Shown: in pieces, positions 56,423 through 64,000 of the stretch
Position numbering within the stretch: position 1 is the first letter of the stretch
Layout of the letters: the number at the start of each line of letters is the position of its first letter
Source of the DNA: Alphaproteobacteria bacterium
GTDB taxonomy: Bacteria; Pseudomonadota; Alphaproteobacteria; Rs-D84
DNA: 64,000 bases
Assembly (NCBI GenBank): GCA_024402765.1
Contig: JAKSTC010000001.1
Coordinates: forward strand, 133,785-197,784
Reading direction: 5' to 3'
Made by a program: the position numbers and the translations under genes
The notes under the pieces: generated by a model
Databases searched by the model: none
Told to the model about the DNA's origin: nothing
What the model saw: the letters and a program-made list of their open reading frames with translations, nothing else

Positions 56423-56992
56423 ATGAAATTTAAACTATTGTATTTTGGAGATATTTTTGTAAACCCCAAAAAACGCGCACAACATATTGCCGATATTCGT
56501 ATGCAATTTCATCCACAATTAAAACGCCTGATTGAGCTGCAACCATGGAACAATTTGACAAAATACATGGTTCCCGATGCAACCAAAAGCCCGATTATCA
56601 CCCGTCACATTGGTGGTATTGATTGGAATCCGATTATTACCCCAAGCTTAAAAATGATTGCAGAATTAGACATTTTGTTAATGCACCCAGAAATTGTAGG
56701 GGTTGCACATTCAGACATTGATAATCGTGTCAAAACAATTATGGACGGTCTGCGTTGCCCACAAAACGAACATGAAATTGGACAAAACACACCAAATGAT
56801 ATTGGACCAATCTATACTTTACTTGACGATGATCATTTGGTTACTAAATTAAATGTTAATACCAGCCACCTTTTGGCGAACGATATGCTACCAACCGGCG
56901 TAAAAATTTCGCCCGACTCTGTATTTATGTTAATCGATGTTAATGTCAGGTTGACAGAGGGTAATTTAGAAAACCTGCCCTTTATGGTATAA
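56423..56992 (+). CDS. Hypothetical protein with a RusA-like D-x-D-N-x2-K-x3-D-x-L ... DD motif
   Basis: SDIDNRVKTIMDGL...LLDDDHLV resembles the RusA resolvase core (RDLDNLQKAAFDAL...WLDDAQV). The protein is longer than RusA, with an insertion. Confidence 0.3.
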   Translation: MKFKLLYFGDIFVNPKKRAQHIADIRMQFHPQLKRLIELQPWNNLTKYMVPDATKSPIITRHIGGIDWNPIITPSLKMIAELDILLMHPEIVGVAHSDIDNRVKTIMDGLRCPQNEHEIGQNTPNDIGPIYTLLDDDHLVTKLNVNTSHLLANDMLPTGVKISPDSVFMLIDVNVRLTEGNLENLPFMV

Positions 56993-56995
56993 AAT

Positions 56996-57022
56996 AAAAA
57001 AACGCCGTTTTGGCGTTTTTTT
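56996..57022. terminator. Bidirectional terminator
   Basis: AAAAAACGCC-gtttt-GGCGTTTTTT. Confidence 0.75.
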
Positions 57023-57024
57023 AT

Positions 57025-58095
57025 TTAAGTTAACATTGTTGTTATCTGGTCCTGCATTTGGAATGTTCCCAACACAACCCAAGCAATTATGGCAGACACC
57101 AATAAAATACCAATACTATTTAACGTATTTGATATTGTTTCCATTTTTCGCACAGATTCCTGTTGATAGTCCGTTGCGAGTTGCGAAACATTGCGACTAA
57201 AATCTGTCATTTCAGAATAAATGGTCAAATCGCCAATAATATCCTGATTTGGAAAATCTGTCTTTGTATTAGCCAGTGCAACACCCAAATTATCACCATT
57301 TGCGATAAAACGTAGCGCAGATTCCAAAATTGTCCGCAAATACCTATTCGCATTATCTGCGAGCATTCGCATTGCATCTGGCACTGTAACACCTGCCGCC
57401 ACCATTGCCGCCAAAGACATCAGCCAACCAACCGATGTATGTAATTTATAAATATTCCATGGTGGCAATTTATCAAATTTCGTGCGCAGATGCCCCGTCC
57501 AATTCGCCAAACTGAACCATATTAACAAAACAGCCCCCGCAAATACAGTTGCGACAATGGGCCAATATTTTATAGAAAAATCTGAAACTACAATCAAAGA
57601 TTTTGCAATACCGTTCCATTCGACATCACTTCCTACAACCTCTATCAATGGTGGCACCAGATAAATACCAACCATAACAATAATTAAAAAAGTAAGTGCC
57701 AACAAAAACAGAGGGTATGTTATTGCATTACGCATCGCGCGCTTTATACGCTCAACACCATCAACAACCTTATCAATACTTTCCAATGCCACAACCAAAT
57801 TCGCAATATCCGCAGATGTTACCAGTAATGTTTCCTCTGGCGGCAACCAACCACGCGTTGCATCAGAAAAACTCATACCCTGCTCCAGGTTCTGTTGCCA
57901 CTGGCGCATTGCAATAGCATAGGGTTCATTTGGGCGCGTTCCATTATAAGATTCTATTTTTTCCAACCGGCTTAACGCATCCATCAAAGAAAAATCATTA
58001 CGCAGTAATGACGCCAACTTACGCGCCATTGCCATACGACGCTGGGTATTCAACTTAAACGCTATCTTTGCATATAGTATTTCAAGTTTATCCAT
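57025..58095 (-). CDS. Type IV pilus / T2SS platform protein (GspF/PilC family; R64 PilR / BfpE-like)
   Basis: 356-aa polytopic membrane protein immediately downstream of the GspE-family ATPase. Confidence 0.6.
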   Translation of the reverse strand: MDKLEILYAKIAFKLNTQRRMAMARKLASLLRNDFSLMDALSRLEKIESYNGTRPNEPYAIAMRQWQQNLEQGMSFSDATRGWLPPEETLLVTSADIANLVVALESIDKVVDGVERIKRAMRNAITYPLFLLALTFLIIVMVGIYLVPPLIEVVGSDVEWNGIAKSLIVVSDFSIKYWPIVATVFAGAVLLIWFSLANWTGHLRTKFDKLPPWNIYKLHTSVGWLMSLAAMVAAGVTVPDAMRMLADNANRYLRTILESALRFIANGDNLGVALANTKTDFPNQDIIGDLTIYSEMTDFSRNVSQLATDYQQESVRKMETISNTLNSIGILLVSAIIAWVVLGTFQMQDQITTMLT

Positions 58096-58097
58096 AA

Positions 58098-59720
58098 TTA
58101 ATACACCCCTGGCCTATCCAGTAACCCAACCCAACGTTCCAGTTCATCAACACCGATGATACCCTTTAACATTAACTCGGTTGCAGATTCCTTTAATGTT
58201 CTGCCGTCCATTTCTTCAAGCCAGTATTTAACCGCGCCATCGGTATTCCCCGCGAGTGCAAGGCGCAAAAATTCACTATTTGTGATAATTATTTCACCCG
58301 CCTTGATACGCCCAAATGTTCCACTGCCATTACATTCTTTGCACCCTGGACCACGAACAAACACCTGCCGTAGTCCAACATCACCGAATGCATCCTTTAC
58401 ACGCTGATATGCTGGGTTTTCAGGATGTTCTGATAAAGGCTGTCTGCAATGTGGACACAGTTTTTTAAACAAACGCATAGAAACCAGCCCCCGCATCAAT
58501 GTTTCTTCTTTTAATTTAAAACCCTCTACCCCCATATCCAACAAACGGGTTAATGCCGCCATTGCAGAATTCGCATGCAGTGTTGTCCAAACATTATGCC
58601 CAGACAATGCACCACGCACCGTTAATTGTGCTGCCGCCAAAGTTCGTATTTCACCAACCATCAAAGTATCAGGGTCACTACGCAACGCCGCCGCCAATGC
58701 TTCGGTATACTTTTCATCACGTTGTTCTTCGCTTGTTGCGTTTGTAACCGGCATTTGATGTGCACCAAATATTTTCTGTTCAACCGGATTTTCCACCGTA
58801 ATCATATTAATTTCATAATTGCGTTCTTTTAACATCAGCGACATATTACGCACCAGGGTCGTTGATTTACCTGAACTCGTTGGACCTGCAACAATCACCA
58901 AACCTGTTGGAAATGAACGCAAACGCATCAACAATCTTTGTTCATACGGACTAAACTCTTGCTCTGTTTTAATGCCTTCGGTTGGGTTATCGTACAACAG
59001 ACGCATAACGACATAACGTGAACCAAACGCAATCGGGTTAAATTGCATACGAATACTTAACACACCCGATGGCAAATATAAATCACGCGTTCCACGCAGT
59101 GGTGTGCGACCGTCTTTCTGGGCAGATTGATATTCATTTTGTGCATAATTAGTATTAGAAATATCCGAAGATGCAAATGCCGCCCTGACAAAAGATTCGC
59201 CCCATGAAGAATTATATTCCAATACTGGTTGCATACTACCATCTATACGGAAATAAATTGTTGTTTGATCGGCAACCTCTATATGAATATCAGATACCTT
59301 TTGTGCCGCCGCACGTGCGATAATATCAACAAAATCTTTCTGCATCTGGTTATCATAATCTGCAATCGGACGCGCAACCCCACCCATTTTTGATTCGTAT
59401 GTTTTGTATATTGCAGAAACCAAACCTAAATCTGAATAAAAAGGCTCCCTCATTGGCCAATCACGCTTACGCAACAAATCAAGGAAAGCCAACACACGAC
59501 CATCATAACGATGTGTACGCGAAATAATAATTTCCCCACCTGAAAAATATGCAATCAGACTTTGTGTATCCTTGGATAATTCCATCTTGGCACCGGTTGC
59601 GGTCATCAACCGATTACCATTTGAAAACAAATAATCAAGGATATCCTTAACCTCTGCGTTTTCCATACCCACAGGGATTGATGGTTTTTGATTATTTAAA
59701 ATTGTATTTTGTTCTGCCAT
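58098..59720 (-). CDS. Type IV pilus / T2SS assembly ATPase (GspE/PilB family; R64 PilQ / BfpD-like)
   Basis: Walker A GPTSSGKST, Asp box DPDTLMVGEIR, His box GHNVWTTLHAN, tetracysteine CPHC...CKEC. Confidence 0.85.
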   Translation of the reverse strand: MAEQNTILNNQKPSIPVGMENAEVKDILDYLFSNGNRLMTATGAKMELSKDTQSLIAYFSGGEIIISRTHRYDGRVLAFLDLLRKRDWPMREPFYSDLGLVSAIYKTYESKMGGVARPIADYDNQMQKDFVDIIARAAAQKVSDIHIEVADQTTIYFRIDGSMQPVLEYNSSWGESFVRAAFASSDISNTNYAQNEYQSAQKDGRTPLRGTRDLYLPSGVLSIRMQFNPIAFGSRYVVMRLLYDNPTEGIKTEQEFSPYEQRLLMRLRSFPTGLVIVAGPTSSGKSTTLVRNMSLMLKERNYEINMITVENPVEQKIFGAHQMPVTNATSEEQRDEKYTEALAAALRSDPDTLMVGEIRTLAAAQLTVRGALSGHNVWTTLHANSAMAALTRLLDMGVEGFKLKEETLMRGLVSMRLFKKLCPHCRQPLSEHPENPAYQRVKDAFGDVGLRQVFVRGPGCKECNGSGTFGRIKAGEIIITNSEFLRLALAGNTDGAVKYWLEEMDGRTLKESATELMLKGIIGVDELERWVGLLDRPGVY

Positions 59721-59725
59721 TTGTT

Positions 59726-60379
59726 TTATCTGTTTGAAATATTAAGCATTTGTGTTTCGCCATCTTTTTCAAAAACAACACCTTCATCCAAAGATATAGA
59801 TTTCACAGTAAAGCCCGCAATAGTTTTACCAACACTAACACGTTTATTTTGACCGGTTGATAAATCTTCGAGTGTTGCCTGTAATTGCGACCCTGCACCC
59901 AAAACATTTACCAATTTATAACTATCGGCTATACCATTTTCCGGCGTAGATTTCGCCTGTTTTTGTGCAACCGTTTTCGTATTCGTATCAGCGACAGATT
60001 GATTCGCCAAATTTTCGCGTTCTCTTTGGATTTTTTCTACTTCGGCCTCTAAGCGTGCGCGTTCAACATCTAACTCTTTCTGTTGTTGTTCTGACCGCCC
60101 AGACAATGTATCAATTTCCATACTTAATTTAATTTTTTCTGCGGCCAATCTATCCAAATCTAAATCAAGTTGTGCGCGTTCTTTTTCAAGTTGCATTAGA
60201 ACCTTTTCTTGTTCCAACGTTGTTATCTGTTGAAACATAGAACCTGTTTCATCATATTCCTCTACCGCGTCCGCAGACAGGTTTTCTAAATCTTCCTGTG
60301 CAACAACATCTTCGGCATGAACAGACGAAAAACAAAACAGACCCAAAATTACAAACAATAAATATTTTTTACTTTGCAT
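59726..60379 (-). CDS. PilP-like pilus biogenesis protein (signal peptide, coiled coil, C-terminal beta domain)
   Basis: Signal peptide, long coiled coil, and a C-terminal YKLVNVLGAG...VSVGKTIAGFTVKSISLDEGVVF resembling the PilP/GspC HR domain. Confidence 0.4.
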   Translation of the reverse strand: MQSKKYLLFVILGLFCFSSVHAEDVVAQEDLENLSADAVEEYDETGSMFQQITTLEQEKVLMQLEKERAQLDLDLDRLAAEKIKLSMEIDTLSGRSEQQQKELDVERARLEAEVEKIQRERENLANQSVADTNTKTVAQKQAKSTPENGIADSYKLVNVLGAGSQLQATLEDLSTGQNKRVSVGKTIAGFTVKSISLDEGVVFEKDGETQMLNISNR

Positions 60380-61622
60380 AGATTATCACCTCATAGTTCC
60401 AGATACGATTTGTCATATTCCACACACAACGGGTCATATAAACACCGTCAAATGTGTCAAATATTTCCATAAAGTTCACAGGCATTAATTTAGACTGTGC
60501 TTGAATTTCAATAACATTTACATTAACAGAATCAACACCATTTGTAATTGTATCAACAACTGTATTTATCTCTACCGATGTATTTAACATTTGAAAAAGT
60601 GTTGTTACATCACGAACCACAGATTCAACATCGCGTTCATCAATCGAAGCATATGTTTCCAATTTAGGTAATACCGCTGTTACAACAACATTATCTTCAT
60701 CGCGTTCTTGAACAAAAGAATGTGGCATGGCATCGGCCGCCAACAAATAAAAATCACCTAATGTTCCAAATTTTCTTTTTATCTGGGCAATTGCATACTT
60801 ATCATTACATTCAACCGATGTTTGATTCCAACCGGCCACTGGTTGCATTAAAAACGCAATCGCCTTATAACACAACTCTGCCCGTTCTTTTGGATTTGGC
60901 AAATTATCATATGGTAATACAATTGGTTGGATTTCTTTTTTAACAATTTCGTATTGTGCATCCAGTTCTTTATTTTTTTCTTCTATTCTTTTTTTATACT
61001 CTGCTGCCAATTCTGGATTAATGTTAGAGGTCTTATTTTTACCCATTTGTTTTATCGGTTCACGAAAAAAAACCATCAAGACCATAACAAATATCAACAA
61101 AACAACTATTGGCCACAATGTAGTTCTAAGTCTACTAATAGCATGTAACATAATCCGTGGGGTTACTGATACAACCTTTGTAATATCGCGTTCAATTGCA
61201 CGTGGCATTGCCCATTCTTCAGGTGCAATAAACACCCCCCAATCTGGCAATTGTGCCAACTTGGCATATTCTTGACGCGCCTCTACTTGGTCTATAAAAA
61301 ACTTATCCTGCAGAATAACACCATTTCTGACCGCCACCATATAAAAGCCATTATCAACAACAAATGATGCCAAAAAAGATGAATATTCAGACAAACCGTT
61401 CATAACCTCTGCGGCGGCCACAGGCATATTTAATCTATGTCCCAAACCATGCCCACCCAAACCGACCATCGCGCGCGCTTCGGTATATAAATTTAATTTT
61501 TTATCAATATTTTTTGATAAAGAATGCGCATAAGCACGCCCAGAAAAACCAGACCCAACCGGTTGCCATAACAAGCCAACCGCATATTTTTTCTTGTTAA
61601 TATGTATTACTTGATTTACCAA
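60369..61622 (-). CDS. PilO-like (R64 type) pilus biogenesis protein
   Basis: 417 aa with one central TM. Position and size match PilO in the R64 order pilO-pilP-pilQ-pilR. Confidence 0.35.
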   Translation of the reverse strand: MVNQVIHINKKKYAVGLLWQPVGSGFSGRAYAHSLSKNIDKKLNLYTEARAMVGLGGHGLGHRLNMPVAAAEVMNGLSEYSSFLASFVVDNGFYMVAVRNGVILQDKFFIDQVEARQEYAKLAQLPDWGVFIAPEEWAMPRAIERDITKVVSVTPRIMLHAISRLRTTLWPIVVLLIFVMVLMVFFREPIKQMGKNKTSNINPELAAEYKKRIEEKNKELDAQYEIVKKEIQPIVLPYDNLPNPKERAELCYKAIAFLMQPVAGWNQTSVECNDKYAIAQIKRKFGTLGDFYLLAADAMPHSFVQERDEDNVVVTAVLPKLETYASIDERDVESVVRDVTTLFQMLNTSVEINTVVDTITNGVDSVNVNVIEIQAQSKLMPVNFMEIFDTFDGVYMTRCVWNMTNRIWNYEVIIYAK

Positions 61623-61694
61623 TTTTCTCTCTCGTTGGACTCATTATATCACAAATGAATTATCTTTGGCAAATACAGAATAACAAAATCTTAT

Positions 61695-62021
61695 TTATTT
61701 TTCAGGACAATCATAAACACTGACATTTATGATAAATGTGTTTTTGGGGCCCAATATTGCACTGGGGTTTGATTTTGTTTTTTCTTGGGTTACCAGGAAA
61801 GAATTCCCACCACGCTCATTATCCGCAATAGCATTTTTAACATACCTGTGTGCATCTTCAGAATCATAAACTGCGATTGTTGATTCTTGTTTATACAGGA
61901 ATTCACAATTTTTTGGCTCACTATATAATTGTTTTATATTTTCAGCATTTTCGTTTGTTTTTACAAAACCGTTACATGCAACCAACACAACAGGCAAAAT
62001 TAAAAATAATATTTTTTTCAT
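61695..62021 (-). CDS. Small lipoprotein upstream of the pilus operon
   Basis: MKKILFLILPVVLVAC lipobox. Confidence 0.4.
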   Translation of the reverse strand: MKKILFLILPVVLVACNGFVKTNENAENIKQLYSEPKNCEFLYKQESTIAVYDSEDAHRYVKNAIADNERGGNSFLVTQEKTKSNPSAILGPKNTFIINVSVYDCPEK

Positions 62022-62031
62022 CTCTTGTCTC

Positions 62032-62958
62032 CTATTCTATTATTTCATAGTTTTCTGGGTCACTAAATAATTTACGCAAAACTAAATTGTTCAACGCATG
62101 GCTACCCTTATACGACACAATATTAGCATTTATAATGCCACCACTGGTAAACATATCACCAACCAAATCAACAATTTTATGACGAACAAATTCGTTTTTC
62201 CACAACACAGGATTAAGTGTTCCGTCCCCATCGTTATTAAGTGCAATTACATTATGTTCATTTGCACCCCGCCCCATTCCATGTTTTTTCAAATATTCCC
62301 ATTCAGAATATTTTCCAAAAGTCCTTGCTCGTGCAACATTATCAATGAAATCTTTCTGTGATTTTTTTGTCCCATTATATTTATAAGAAAAACTTTGATT
62401 ACCTACGATTTTTTCTGGATATATCAATGTTGCACTTATATTTAATTCTTTTCCGTTATTTGGTGATAATTTAACATAACCACTTGTTTTGCGTCCTGCT
62501 AATTTATTCAATATACAATATTTTGCTTTTATTAAAAAAGGTACTTTTATATCACTTGATTTAGCGATTATTTCTTTCTTAACAATAATTTGTTTTAATT
62601 TAGATGATGTAATACCCGCATCAATAAAAGCATGAATAAATTCGTACGCACTGCCATCCAGTATCGGTGTCTCTGGACCATCTATTTCAACAATCGCACT
62701 ATCAATTCCAGTAATAAAAAAAGCAGCCATTAAATGTTCAATTGTTTGAACATGTGCGCCACCAATATCACCTATTGTTGTATTACGCATTTTTGTTTCA
62801 CCAACATTATCAAAACTCGCAACAATCGGCTCACTATTAATATCGGTTCTACAAAAAACAATACCTTTATTTTTTGATGGTTTAACAACCATCTTTACAG
62901 TATTTCCAGAATGAATTCCAACCCCAGAAATTTTAACAACTTTTTTTAAAGTTCCCAT
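62032..62958 (-). CDS. lpxC: UDP-3-O-acyl-N-acetylglucosamine deacetylase
   Basis: ISGVGIHSG, TIEHLMAA, HKIVDLVGD, GSHALNN motifs. Confidence 0.92.
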   Translation of the reverse strand: MGTLKKVVKISGVGIHSGNTVKMVVKPSKNKGIVFCRTDINSEPIVASFDNVGETKMRNTTIGDIGGAHVQTIEHLMAAFFITGIDSAIVEIDGPETPILDGSAYEFIHAFIDAGITSSKLKQIIVKKEIIAKSSDIKVPFLIKAKYCILNKLAGRKTSGYVKLSPNNGKELNISATLIYPEKIVGNQSFSYKYNGTKKSQKDFIDNVARARTFGKYSEWEYLKKHGMGRGANEHNVIALNNDGDGTLNPVLWKNEFVRHKIVDLVGDMFTSGGIINANIVSYKGSHALNNLVLRKLFSDPENYEIIE

Positions 62959-62961
62959 TTT

Positions 62962-63867
62962 TTAGTTAACCCTTTCCTTTAACCAATCAAAAAACTTATC
63001 TTCTATTTTTGTATCTAATTCGGCATATTTAATTTTATCTTGTGCATATTGTGGCAGTCTCACCCAATCTTTTTCTGTTGTAATTAATTTAGCACCATGT
63101 TTATCTGCCAAATCTAATAATTCCTTTATATCTTTATCGGTATATTGATAATGGTCAGGATATGCGCGTTTTACAACAACATTCGTCAAGCAATCAAAGA
63201 ATTTTTCAGGATATCCAATTCCTGCAAACGCAACTAACTTTTGTTCTTTGTTATATGGCACAGTTGTAGTGTTTCTCGCAAAGAACATAGGTTTGTTAAC
63301 TGGTAGTTCTAAAATTACCTTTTTATTATTAGATCTAATTATAACGAACGCATCTGCCCGTGCTAATGCACTGCGTGGTTCACGTAGTGGTCCCGCTGGC
63401 AATAATAATTTATTTCCCATACCAATAGATTCGTCAAACACAACAATAGACACATCTTTATATATAGATGAATTTTGAAATCCATCATCCATAACAATCG
63501 GTGTTTTGTCGTTTTTTTGTTTGTTTAATAAAATTAAATTACTTTTTCTATTACCTGTATGAACCTGCAAACCACTACGCGCCAACATAACCGCTTCGTC
63601 ACTAGTACGTCCATTTTTAATATCTTGCTTATATCCACGCATAACAACAGGCGAATCAAAAAAGGTTGCAATTTCACGCACAATTGGTGTTTTACCAACA
63701 CCGCCCGCCAGAATATTACCAACACAAATCACAGGACGATTTGATTTATATGGGTGCATACCTTTAATTTTAAACACCAAACACGACACACCATAATACA
63801 TGATTGAAAGTGGCCATAAAATCAGGGCCATCGGTGTTTTTTTAAAAAACCAATGTGGTGTTTTCAT
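62962..63867 (-). CDS. lpxK: Tetraacyldisaccharide 4'-kinase
   Basis: VICVGNILAGGVGKTPIV P-loop, VVMRGY, MDDGFQN. Confidence 0.9.
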   Translation of the reverse strand: MKTPHWFFKKTPMALILWPLSIMYYGVSCLVFKIKGMHPYKSNRPVICVGNILAGGVGKTPIVREIATFFDSPVVMRGYKQDIKNGRTSDEAVMLARSGLQVHTGNRKSNLILLNKQKNDKTPIVMDDGFQNSSIYKDVSIVVFDESIGMGNKLLLPAGPLREPRSALARADAFVIIRSNNKKVILELPVNKPMFFARNTTTVPYNKEQKLVAFAGIGYPEKFFDCLTNVVVKRAYPDHYQYTDKDIKELLDLADKHGAKLITTEKDWVRLPQYAQDKIKYAELDTKIEDKFFDWLKERVN

Positions 63868-64000
63868 TTCTTTTGATGCTCTTCACGCATTTTCTTTTTA
63901 AATTCATCAGAATTCAGACCTTCTTCAACCTTAAACAGATTAAACATTCCGTCCAATCTGCGTAATTGTTTGATCATGATATCATCTATATTATTTTTTG
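63864..64000 (-). CDS. C-terminal fragment of an unidentified gene overlapping the lpxK start (ATGA overlap)
   Basis: Reverse translation gives ...KNNIDDIMIKQLRRLDGMFNLFKVEEGLNSDEFKKKMREEHQKK*. Runs off the window edge. Synteny would suggest waaA, but the sequence gives no support for that. Confidence 0.4.
   Translation of the reverse strand, partial: KNNIDDIMIKQLRRLDGMFNLFKVEEGLNSDEFKKKMREEHQKK

Overview
The window is an AT-rich bacterial chromosome segment. Its housekeeping genes look alphaproteobacterial or endosymbiont-like, but I cannot confirm the taxon without a database search. The core regions (1-28.7 kb and 46.3-64 kb) are ordinary. They carry a partial yebC, ruvA, mnmE, two tandem acyl-CoA ligase paralogs, xth, addB, engB, rsmI with a divergent lpoA-like gene, lolCDE components, ftsQ, an ftsA-rpe single ORF, tsaE, uvrB, aspS, two ABC exporters, tlyA, ung, gyrB, lpxC and lpxK. 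They also carry four tRNAs and an R64/Bfp-type type IVb pilus machinery split over two loci.

The interesting part is 28.7-46.25 kb. I read it as two integrative elements stacked in tandem at the 3' end of tRNA-Thr(GGU). Three direct copies of CTGGTGCCC delimit them, and each element ends in a large serine recombinase whose ORF reads through the att core.

Element 1 (about 6 kb) carries:
- a Panacea (DUF4065) antitoxin-like gene paired with a proteasome/HslV-like Ntn-hydrolase, my top candidate for an undescribed toxin-antitoxin or defence module
- a strong promoter driving a roughly 240-nt structured terminator/antiterminator leader in front of three small membrane or secreted proteins
- a MerR-like regulator

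Element 2 (about 11.6 kb, visibly more AT-rich) carries:
- a small resolvase with an adjacent res-like inverted repeat
- an AloI-like single-chain R-M-S restriction enzyme
- a prim-pol replication protein
- a C5-cytosine methyltransferase
- a promoter-to-terminator sRNA candidate
- a 43-bp perfect palindrome

All functional calls come from reading motifs in the translations and sequence by eye. No searches or folding programs were run.
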